Assembly: GCA_964304625.1 (NCBI GenBank)
Contig: OZ199838.1
Span: 10,361,817 to 10,425,816 of the forward strand
Reading direction: 5' to 3'
DNA: 64,000 nucleotides
Source: Kudoa neothunni
Lineage: Eukaryota; Animalia; Cnidaria
Below the pieces are notes generated by a model. The model ran no database searches. It worked only from the letters and a program-made list of their open reading frames with translations, and was not told the DNA's origin. This document shows positions 48,357-59,477 of the stretch, one piece after another. The translations under genes and the position numbers were made by a program. Position 1 is the first letter of the stretch; the number at the start of each line of letters is the position of its first letter.

Positions 48357-48874
48357 TTATCTTGCTCTTCCTCGGCCACGACCTCTTCCGCGACCTCTAC
48401 CGCGGCCTCTTGCTTTAGCGACAGCGGCTAAACAAAACAAATGGATTCAGTTAGAAAACCGATTAATTAACAAAACGTAAAAATTACATATGGTTTCCTT
48501 CTTTTTCTTGTAACGAGGAGTATCATCAACTAAAAATGTATCCAATGGAAGACTTTCGGGTAGCACAATGTAACGAATATTGTTGCCACGAATGGTTAAA
48601 GTATCGAGTGGTATAGGATCGGAGTTTTTCTTGGTCATTTTGACACTTTTTAAATGGGTATTCATGCTCATATCAACACCTAGAGCATGTCACAGTCACA
48701 ACTTCACTGTAAGAGTTCGTAAATGTCACCTGTGATTGTTCCATGAACAATAGTTCCATTTTTCAGCTCAACGGTAACCGTCTCATGACTGAGCTTCATT
48801 AAAAATCTAAAATCGCACCAAAATCATCATATACTCCGCTATAAACTTCACACAGTTTACCTCACCAACTTCAT
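48357..48874 (-). CDS. SNRPD1: Small nuclear ribonucleoprotein Sm D1
   Basis: MKLVR|[25 protein letters not shown]|[11 protein letters not shown]...[19 protein letters not shown], with a C-terminal (RG)n tail. Confidence 0.97.
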
Positions 48875-49161
48875 ATCGCTGTGCTTGCACGCGGCGCGCG
48901 CACATAATTTTGTAAAACGTGTCTTCATCTAGAGATAAAATTAATGTATAGATGGCGTTGTTCCCTCCATACACCCAAAATATTCTCAGTTTAACGTAAA
49001 TCGAAATTCCTCACTCCAAACATGACAACTTTCCGCATTGTGCGCACGCACCAACAGTGCTAACGCTAAAATAACCACATAGAGATTGTGTGATTAACCT
49101 AACTAAGCTACAACTTACATATTGAATGCAGATAATCTGTGGTGGTATTTAAAATAAAATT

Positions 49162-50239
49162 ATGGCCGAAAGTGAATCTGCGATGTTAAATGAACTTCCA
49201 AACGAAGCATCACTTAAAAGGGAAACACCGAATGAAGAATCGGCTTCAATCAAAACAAAAATTCTAAAAACCAGTAAACTATCAACTTATCCGCATATAT
49301 AGTTATTTTTGTTTCGAAATATTCGAATTAATTGGTCTAATCTACTACAGAAAGCTGTTTTGTCTCAATTGTGCATATTTTTAGTCGAAGCTCCCAATGA
49401 TGAACAAACATTACCGATTAATCCTACAAATGAGCCGAGTTGTTATTTGGTGGTGAGAAATTTGGTACGACCTTTCACTATCAAACAACTTGTGTCTCAT
49501 TTGACAACTGTTGTACCGGATTGTGTGATGGATGAAGATTTATTTTGGATCAATGATATCAAATCATTTTGTTATGTGAGGGTAATGTATAAAATCGAGC
49601 GAATTTCAGAACTTTAACATTCTATGATATGGGCTGTTTTAGTATGAGAACGTGGAACAAAGTGGAAAAGTTCTAGAAGCGTTGAATGGTTCGAAATGGC
49701 CATCAATCAGCTCCAAATTTCTTCACGTTGATTACGCCAATCCACATACTGTAATTAACAAAAGAGATGTTATCTCATTAATTCTATTTTTTTATTTCCC
49801 CATTAGATGTATATTGAAACCAAAGGTAAACATGGTGAATTAGATCCAGACCAACAGAACAATGTAAAAGTTAAAACCGTCAATCATTCGGTTTCTTTTA
49901 GTCTCAACGATCAACCGCCTGGCGACAGTGCTAGTTTAGTGGATGGTAAACAATTGATAATAGATTTCAGTGAATTTGGATTAATTGATGAACACTTTGG
50001 TTATTAGGCAACAAAACGTCGGGTGTCGACCATGGAGATGTATCATCTATGGTGAAAAGTTTGGACGTGGATTCTTTGTTCAATAAAACCAAAACACTTC
50101 CTTCTATTTATTGGCTGTCAACTAAAGGAAAAACGGTCATTTTTTAGTCCAATCAAACACCATTAATTTGGAAATTTTCCGATAGGACACAAAAAATAAT
50201 AATGAAGAACAAGAACAACAAAACAAAACAGATAAATAA
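49162..50239 (+). CDS. ACIN1: Acinus-like protein (RRM plus RSB motif), minimal
   Basis: VRNLVRPFTIKQL, FWINDIKSFCYVRY, ALNGSKWP..KFLHVDY, and RSB motif LFNKTKTLPSIYWL. Confidence 0.88.
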
Positions 50240-50300
50240 AATTGAAATTCATAATTAGTTTTGAAAAATTGTTTGTTTGATATAAGCTAAAATATGTTTT

Positions 50301-51779
50301 TCAATGTGGTGGTATTTTTTTAGCTGATATAGTGTGTGAGGTGAGTTTTTTGTGAGTGGAAATTCGTTGTTTTCCCATCATAACACGAGTTTTATCGATA
50401 TTGTAACGCGCGAAATAACGCTGACAATTGAGTAGGATATCTTGAACTATCAAAAAGTCGTTGTAGGTTTTTGTAATATTGTGGATTGCGGTGTTAATGG
50501 CCCTGGCGTTTGGCGTTCGCGGGCTTGTGGTTTTCATGATAAATCTATGTAGTAGCACATGCAAACAGATACATATAATATTGTTAATTAATTAGTTAGA
50601 CAATATTCGTTTTAATCAAGACGAGATTGGATAATGCATAATTTTTAATATTTTTTTATCGCCCACATAATTGACCTATAACAAATAAAACAAAAAATTA
50701 GAGTTTATTTTCGCGTGTTTCGTTATTGAATAAAATTTTTTAAATTATGAGGAGTAAATAGTGTGATCTATTTAAATAAACTTAAAGAATATAAAATCTA
50801 ATGTTTATTAGAATTATAAGGGTCATAATAAAGATACAAATTAAAATTTTATTATTTTTTTGTGTATCATCTAGAAATGTATTTTTAAAAAATAATAATA
50901 TTTTATTAAGTAAGAACTTTTGAATATGTTAATAAAGTGAAAGAGTGGTATGAATAATTGACAAAATTATTTGGAATGACAACATGCGTAATTGTGAATG
51001 ATAATTTTTAATATTCTGTTAGATGACAAATTTTGAATATAATTTGAAAAAGTTTTAGATATATTAATTACGTAAAGAAGATTATTTAATAAATATCCAA
51101 TGGGGAAAACGACGAATAGTTTCTCAACAATAAAAAAATAAAGATACATTTATTTTTGACTATTAAAGATAATTAGTTGAATTGAATACAACTGAGATGA
51201 ATTAAAAATGTTGAAACGATGTAAGTTATATTCAAGATACGCATGCGCGAAAATATTATATTATGTAATTTCCATTCTGCTTTAATGACTAAGCAATATC
51301 CAATCTCGACTGTGCATACACATATTATATTGGTTGTATGCGCTCGATCTAATACTAAAAAATTACATCGCAGGCTCATAATTGTGAGCAATCAAATGGA
51401 GCAATAGATATAGATCGTTGCATTTGTGTCTGATTCTGAAGTATGGGATTATATGACAAAATACCAATCAAATGATGAAGAAAAAGACTATTGACATGTT
51501 CCATTTAATTATCAACATAACGCGCGCAAGCGCGATGTGTCACTTAAGTCGTCTATTTAGATTTTAAAGTATACTTTGTTTGAAAGATATATTTTATAGA
51601 AAATATCACTTATCTGTTAGTGCACTCCCAAACGATTACAAAACTGAATGTTAATGCTTGTCGATATCCATATACCCGCGCAGGCGAGAACTTATTTTAC
51701 GTGTAAATGAATTTTCGTGAAGGTTTGCAAGATATTATTATTATTAGTTGTTAAAAAAATTAAACCAGAATTTGAAGAG

Positions 51780-51810
<31 letters not shown>

Positions 51811-54800
51811 TATAAAATAAATCAAATGTAGATTTGGGAATATTAATATTTATTACAATTGTGATATTTACCTTATTTCATAAAGTAAATTGCATCATAG
51901 TTGATAAACAAATTGATGAAAATCACCCCTTAATAAGTTATTTGTTTTTTTTAAAGTGAATGTTGTCAGAATAGGAACAAAATAAAGAATTTATCGATAA
52001 TATTGTTATTAGACTGATATAATTTTAAAAACGGACTAAACTATTATATAATAAATTTAAAATATAAAATTTCCCCGATATCGGGTTCAAAGATGAATAT
52101 CGGGAAGTTTTTTCAACCTCTTAAAGCTAATTAAATCATAGTATTGGGGAAACACTAGTTAAAATAAAACTTATCCCACCAAACCATAATTTAACATGGC
52201 AATAGCATCTTTCTTTGAGAAGTGAGCTTACCCGGGAGGAGATCGTTTATCGTTGATAACATTGTTGAGATAATCAATACAGTTTTTAGCCGTTTTAGCG
52301 GATATTATTTCATGGTCCTAAAATTTTCAAATCATATTATGCAAAAACCCAACTTTATTCAATACTCTTAAGATGATATTCGAGAGAACTTCCATATGTG
52401 AGGTTATATTTGGGAGATTGAAAAATGCGGGGAAAATCGCCTTTAATGCTATATAAAAAATGATTAAAATACAAACAAATTTGATACAAACAAGGTAAAT
52501 GACTTACATTCATTTACACTGATAAAAATGTCCACCTTAAGATTGGAACAATTACGGATATAACTATCCAATGAGTGGCTAACAACGTCGCTTGGAATCT
52601 AAAGAAATAGGATCTCAATGTTAGATCGAAAATAAAATCGAAATTACATTTGTAAACGCAAGAAAATCTAGAGCTTTTCTATAGTTATCCAGTGACGTTT
52701 CGATTCTTAGAAAGTTGTCGCTAAATTATAAAAATAATTATTATTTAAATGATGATTGTTTCATATTAAATGATTTTTCATTGATATAAAATTCCAAGCA
52801 TATTTAAATAAATTTCATCTTAAAATTAATAATTAAAATAAAACATCGATTTAGAAAAAATAATCTAACAAATATTCGAACTATTATGTCTTGCATAGGA
52901 AACCCAATACACGTAGAAACAAGTTTTACTCTTAGATTAATGAGTTATATTTTTTACACTTTTCCTATAAATGAGGTGCTTTAAGGTGACATTGTAATGT
53001 GTTAATATTCATTGTAGGAAAATTCAAATTAAGAAAACCCAACTAGCTCAAAATCAAATTAGAACAGTAGAATTAAATATAGTTTTAATTTTACTATAAT
53101 AAATAACGATTACCATAAAAATTAACCGAAGAATATTTTTTAATTGAGGCTGAAACCTCCAAAATAATAGATCAACTTTACAATGTTACTTTAGTGCTGT
53201 GAAAAAATATTATATTGCAAAAATCACATGGTATGTTATTTTAGTATTTTAATAAATAGAAAGATTGTATTCAGTTAAAAAAAATAGTTTATTCAATAGC
53301 TCTCATTTTTTATAACCATAAAAATTACATAAATTGGAGTATTTTACCTAAAACCCAAAATTTTATATTACTATAACTTGAAAATTCATGATATATATAA
53401 TGAATAACACAATAACACGAATTTGTTCTATTTATAAATATTTCCATCCAGGATGATTAAAGATAAATATATTTCCATTTTCTCATATTTATGGATAGGA
53501 AATTTTTGGTTTTAAATAAATACATTTTCCCTTTAATAAAATAGAAATGGCTATTGGCAAGGTAAATAATATTCCGGTGGCATTAGTTTTCACCATATTC
53601 AATTATTTCTGGCCCCTAAGAACGTAGCTATGCTATAGAAATAATTAAATCTGCAAACAGTTTGGGAGTAAGAGTTCCTGAGATTAAAAATTCCATTAAA
53701 CAAGGAGACTAGCCGTTTAGGATTAAATTTTACCGTGTCAATTGCTTCTGCTATAAAAAATATACTTAAGGATTATTTGTTTGTTATTCATTCCGTCCTC
53801 GTTCGTTTAAGCTTATAACTAACGTATATATTCTCAAGATTTAGTTACTCTAACCTTTAAAACCCGGCTTTCATTATCGGCCGCAAAAATTCAACCTAAA
53901 TGACCGATGTCCCATCGCATTAAATCAATTATAAACTAAAACATCTACTTATAGGTTGAGATTCAGTTTATTTTTTGGAACCTCCGGTTATTAATTACAT
54001 ACACACGACTGAATCTGTATGAGCCAATAGCAATAAACGTAAGAATTAACGCCTCAATTCCACGAAAAATCGTAACAAAAATTTGTATTAACAATTATGT
54101 AAAGAACAATGGGAGTTTTGAAGCAATCAATCGAATCACGGTAGGAAAATGCAAAGTTACCCATATTAAAGATATTGAAAATAAAAAATGAAGCAATATT
54201 GATTTTGAATTTTAGAAGAATTTAATCACATGCATATTATCTTACATTATTTTTGTAACTAATGGACCAGTAAAACTATCCCAAGCATTTATTTTGCTGA
54301 GATTTTCCACGAATAACATATAATAGTTCCACATATTTTTTTCTGAAAACTAACCAGTAATAATAGATAATCAAGAGAGTAAAACGATAAAATACAAAAT
54401 TACCTGATCTGATACGTGTGACAAATATTCGAATCCTTCCTCTAGCGAAAGACAAACAATACAACGAGATATGGAGATAACACCTAAACTACTTTGAAAT
54501 TCATTTATATCGTTAACTGCAAACATCTCGTCCGGCATGAGTTGCCTGATAAATCTTTTCATATAATGCAGCGATAATTCTTCATCAGTGTTTTCGAACA
54601 AACTGTTAATTACACAGAATGACTTAAACGTCAGGGCTACATTTAATTCATCTCAAAAACAGAAAACACAATTATTACGATAATTTAAATGGTTGATTTC
54701 ATCAAGAATCTGCAAACTCTTGGCAGCGTCCAGTCTGAAAACATATAACAATTCGTTTAACACCACTACACATCATCATCCAATAAAAAATTTTCATTGT

Positions 54801-56107
54801 TTATAAATGATCTTACAGTAATGAGGAATGGTTTTATGTTGCTGATAACAATTCAGTATTTTCTAGAACGATACAAAAATTTCCATTCGATAAAAATAAG
54901 AAATTAAAACGAATATACGTTCGCATTAAATGCCATGACTTCTTGAGATGGATACCAAAGAGGTAATTGTCGTAACACATAGTAATAATAATAGACAGAA
55001 ACTAAAATAAGCCATTATTAAATTTATGACTTTTAAACCACTAACATAGGAGTGGATATGAATTACATAATTTATTCTTAAAAGTTAAATTGTTGGAAAA
55101 AAATTTTCGACATTTATTCATTTGATCGCTCTAAACAACATCCATAACTACATCTGCTGACTCCCACATCTATATTCTACTTGGTAAAGGCCGAAAAAAT
55201 AACCCTCCATCATAGGAGTTGTTATTCTATTCCCCAACTGTTTAATAATAATATCAGCGTATGAGGTATCATTTTTCGAGTCAAGGGATTCAGGCTCCAA
55301 CTAAATAATGACATCATACTTACTAAAGATACAATTCAATCACCTTTTTTAAACCAGTGCTGTCGTAAAGGCATGATTTCTCCATCATAACAAATTCCTC
55401 ATTATCAGATATTGTGATATTATTTTGAACCATTTCGTTGTAATTTTGAAATGCTGCATAAGCATTTTTACAACGAATAATATCTACCATTCAAAAAATA
55501 TAAATTCTAATCACTAATAACTTTCAACTATAATAATTACCGATCAATGAAAGATTTTTCTCAGGAATCAGTTCCTAAATTAATTTATCGTGAAAGTATT
55601 TATCAAAAGCAAATAACTTTGTTATAAGGCTCACGAAACGAGGTCAACTCGGGATATTTTTCAATAATATCAATAGCCGCCTGAACGCCGTAACGTTTGG
55701 CGGCCAAAATCGTACTCTAACAAATATAAATGTATCAGTCAATCAAATAACCTCCGCATTACTTCTATATGCTTTTCATTAGGAGCCAAAAATGGATCAA
55801 AATGAAGTTCATCGTTCCATGATTTATTCGGTTGCGAATCTGTTATACTGCTAATTGAATCCAACACTTTGTGATGATTCCAAGTGGTCTTATCTGGCCA
55901 ATCCGCGAAATCTATCAAAATCTATGTTTGAAATCTAAATCACTGAATAAATTGATTACCAAATATTTTTTTGTTTCCAGACATTTCTGGTAAACGTTCT
56001 TTAGATTTTTCGTCAGTAATCGATGAGCATTTTCTTGTTATGAAAATTTTATTTTTATCTATTATACATGTGGCTCTAAAAATGCGATTTAGAAACACGT
56101 TCACCAT
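50301..56107 (-). CDS. PTCD3: PTCD3/mS39-like pentatricopeptide mitochondrial ribosomal protein; 3' exons uncertain
   Basis: PDKTTWNHHKVLDSISS...DPFLAP...ILAAKRYGVQAAIDIIEKYPE matches the recalled PTCD3 pattern KKTWDKVAVLQALAS...DDPYLMP...LLAKKSGENVAKFIINSYP. Further helical exons run to about 52230. Probable last exon 50301-50567. Confidence 0.7.
51781..51807. repeat. (TA)n microsatellite
   Basis: Perfect TA run. Confidence 0.9.
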
Positions 56108-56119
56108 GTTTCGATCATA

Positions 56120-56130
56120 CGCATGCGCAC
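56120..56130. promoter_or_regulatory. NRF1-like GC palindrome CGCATGCGCAC, 12 bp upstream of the PTCD3 ATG
   Basis: Similar motifs precede SDR39U1 (26381), MRPL12 (42520), SNRPD1 (48887), ZCCHC8 (38359) and ACD (16286). Confidence 0.55.
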
Positions 56131-56153
56131 ACAGGCGCTTAAAATTTTAAATA

Positions 56154-57593
56154 TAGGGTTTCTCATCTGTGCTCGGCATTTTTGAAGTTAATATCTGCAC
56201 CTTTGCAATTTTAATTCTGCGCATTCGTGTTTAGTCTATAAAATTTGTGCGAATGTGTAGAAATCATGAACCAGAGAAAAAAACAAAAATGTATTATATT
56301 TATTTCAATAACCTCAATAAAATTATTATTCTACAATAACTTCATCTCTAGAAGACTTGATGATGTAAACCAACATTTTTCGATAAAAATCGTCACATTG
56401 ATGGGATGTGATTTGTTTAAGACACTCTTTTATCGCATTCTTTAACTCGTTTTCATTTTGACATTGCCTGTGAATAACTAGATTTTTCCAAACAGAGAAT
56501 ACATTACCTATTGGATTCAAGATTGGACTATACGGAGGTAAATATTTTATCGTGAATTTTTTTGGAAGGATTAATTATTTTAGTACCTCATAATGATGTA
56601 TTTTCGCATTATCCATAACGAAACTAGGATTATCAATACCACTTGATACACAGCTGAATGTTAGTTCCTGTAGACAAATTTTAAAATCCTCACCTGCAAC
56701 CGCTCGCTCGTGTTTCTTTCTTTATATGATATCTTCTTTGTTGTTCGTAGCAACTACAGAAATGTTTCTGCTTCTTGCTGAAGAAACAAAACAATATGCA
56801 GAAATTCCTCCCAAAGAGCGACTTCTTTTAGGTCTTATGACCACTGAAAACCCGACTCCCTCCAGAACTACAATACTTTCATATAGTACATTGGTTTCTA
56901 AGTCTCGGAACGTCTCAGCATATTCAATTCTCTTTTGAATCGTCATCTCGCAATTTCTTCTCTCGGGGACCCTCACTGGGGATTTTAAAGTGTAATGAAA
57001 TTTGCCGATTACACAGTCTATCGTTCTTAAGGGCACTGTTATTCCAAACTCGTCATTAACTTTTTACTTAAGTTCTTTCAACGTAATTTGAGAGTTTTCG
57101 TCCACCCACCTGATAATTTTTTCCTTCTGATCAGGAGAGAGGAGTGAAGGTCATTTCCTGCCTCTAGATTTTGCATCTAGTGTTCCTGTTTTGCGAAACA
57201 TTGATAATATGGACAACACGGTGGATCTTGGTAGATGCATTTCGGAAGCAATGTAAGTGTCACTTCTTCCACTTAAAAAGAGATTATACATTTATTCCCT
57301 TAAATCGAAAGAGATTGTTTTTCGCAGCTTTATTTTTTCTTGTTGTGTTAGTATATTAGAGATTTCGTTATCATCGATACCGAGCTCTCAGTTTCAACGA
57401 TTTGTTCTCTGTTATTAGGGTTAATCTATTGAATTCAATCTCTTAATAGTTTAAAAATATCTTAACAAAGAAAAACTTTTCGTAGCTAACGCGAGATATG
57501 AAAAAACAAGAATACTACTGTTGAGATGGTCAGATCAATTTCGAGCGCGCCGAGATTAAATGCGAAAATGCCGATTATAGATGAGAAACCCCA
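56154..57593 (-). mobile_element. Tc1/IS630-family DD34E transposon with inactivated transposase
   Basis: ~45-bp imperfect TIRs (TRGGGTTTCTCATCT..CGGCATTTT) and TA TSD. FVMDNAKIHH...YLPPYSPILNPIG with 34 residues between D and the E position (here G). Internal stops. Confidence 0.9.
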
Positions 57594-58027
57594 TAAATAA
57601 CGGTTAAAACATAAAATACACAATTTTATGAACTGTAATCTTACACTTAATTGACAATTGATCAAAAATGTTCGTTTAAGAATTTTATCTTTCCATAAAA
57701 TTAATGCTTCCATCTAAAATAAAATCAATGGTGGGGATGTAAATTAGATTCGATTTATTTTCTAAACAGACATAAATAGAGTATGATAAACAATTTAACT
57801 TGTGTGAATTTTCTTATCTACATTTTTGTATAACGAGCACAACTTTGGCACTCAATTATTTGAGTCGGATTTTATTAGGTGTATAGTTATTTTATGGTTA
57901 TAATTGCATAGTAATGTGTATTTATTCTATACAAGTTATATTAAATTGAAATAATACTTTATAATACAAATGAATCCTTGGGAAATGCTAATACATTTAA
58001 CCCTCCGGAGCACCCGTGGGGTCTAAA

Positions 58028-59019
58028 CAGCGTTGCCAACCGTGCCCGATTTTTACTCTTGTTCTTCGAAAGACTTAATAATCGCAAAAAATTGTTTCAA
58101 ACATAAGGGGTTATCGCATATTCACAAAAAAGGGAATTTTATCGTTTCTGATTTCATTACGAGAAATCCTCAAGTATATAATGTTATACTTGGAACGAAT
58201 CTTTATTTCAAATTAAAATGTCTGCAATAGAAGCTCACCAAACACAAGATACAATTAAAAATTTTAATAATTCTTAAAGCCCACGTAATACAAAAATTGG
58301 GCTTAAAAAACATGCCAAAAATTTATCAAAATGAACACATTTTTAAATGTTACCATTATTGGCGACAAGATACAGTTTTATCATGACTATGAACCATTTT
58401 GGAATTATTACGAATAGATTTTTGTATTTGAGTTCTGAATGCTTGAACTTAAAAAAGTCTCTGATGTTGGTGATGTCCAATGCTAAGTTATCATTACAAG
58501 TGTTTGTTATCAATTTGATTAATTTTAATGAATGAATGGCCGCATATATAAATGAAACCTCATATTGGTATAGTTATGTGTTATTCAAAAATCGCACGAA
58601 CGACTGTAATACAATTGTTTGAAATTAAAGGAATCGAATGGGATCAAAAACGAAGTTTGTTTGATTAAATTATTAACAATCGCCTTTTTGGCCATTGGTT
58701 ATCGGCGAATAAATTTTAATTCTATCGGGAAATACAGTACATCTTTACTTCATCTAGCTCTGATTAATGCTTCTCCGGAAAGAGCATTTCCTCTTCTGGA
58801 ATTATCGAAAATATCAGCGGAAATAAAATGTTGTTCTCCACATTAGATAATCTTGATCTAATGAGGAAATTTTTCAACACATCGACCAAATGATGTAACA
58901 AATTTGATGTTTCTGAGATGATTATAAATTAACGGAATATTTATACATATAATTAAATATTCGTCCGATTTTGTCTGGCAAAATGTTAGCCGGATGTCCG
59001 ATTTGGGTTGGCAACGCTG
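58028..59019 (+). mobile_element. Non-autonomous hAT element (family copy 2) nested in piggyBac
   Basis: Perfect 14-bp TIR CAGCGTTGCCAACC, 8-bp TSD GGTCTAAA/GTTCTAAA, and hAT dimerisation remnant NASPERAF.LL...RNKM. Confidence 0.9.
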
Positions 59020-59027
59020 GTTCTAAA

Positions 59028-59477
59028 TCTGCCGAGGTCAGATAGCCCATCGGTGTGACACTCGGACTCAGAACAATGAGGTAATGGTTCGTATCCGCCG
59101 GTGGATCTCTATCCCATATTTTGGAGTTGTGGTTAAAATGTACGCTCACAATGGAGTGGGGTGCACTAACAGCCAAATTCGCGTGAAGTAGGGTGAGCGT
59201 GAATAGGAGTTTGCATCTCCGGAACCCATCGAAAGGCAAGTAATTTTCAGTCCTCACAGAGCCAACGTCCTTAAAGGGATAGGGTTTAGGGTAGTGGTCA
59301 CCCTGAGACGAGGGTGTTTAATGGGTTAAAGTCCCACACTACCGCATAAAGATAATGGGCGGGGTTTCATGTTACGTCCTGCAGTGCCTAAAGCGTTAAT
59401 GGAAGAGATATGACCAACCAGAATTCCACAACCTAATAAGTTGCGCCAGGGGGCTTACTCTATAAACAAAAAAAAGC
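59028..59477 (+). mobile_element. tRNA-derived SINE nested in piggyBac
   Basis: A box TAGCCCATCGG (59043), B box GGTTCGTATCC (59086), acceptor-like stem GAGGTC/GATCTC, A-rich tail, and imperfect TSD TGGGGTCTAAA / TGAGTCTTAAA. Confidence 0.8.

Noticed and set aside
59034-59110. Functional tRNA gene
   Set aside because: The anticodon and T stems do not pair. It is the head of a 450-bp element with an A tail and TSD, i.e. a SINE.
58922-59257. 111-aa minus-strand ORF
   Set aside because: It spans the SINE/hAT junction antisense, so it is an incidental ORF in GC-richer repeat DNA.
59276-59292. Telomeric repeat (GGGATAGGGTTTAGGG)
   Set aside because: Only 2-3 imperfect units, internal to the SINE.
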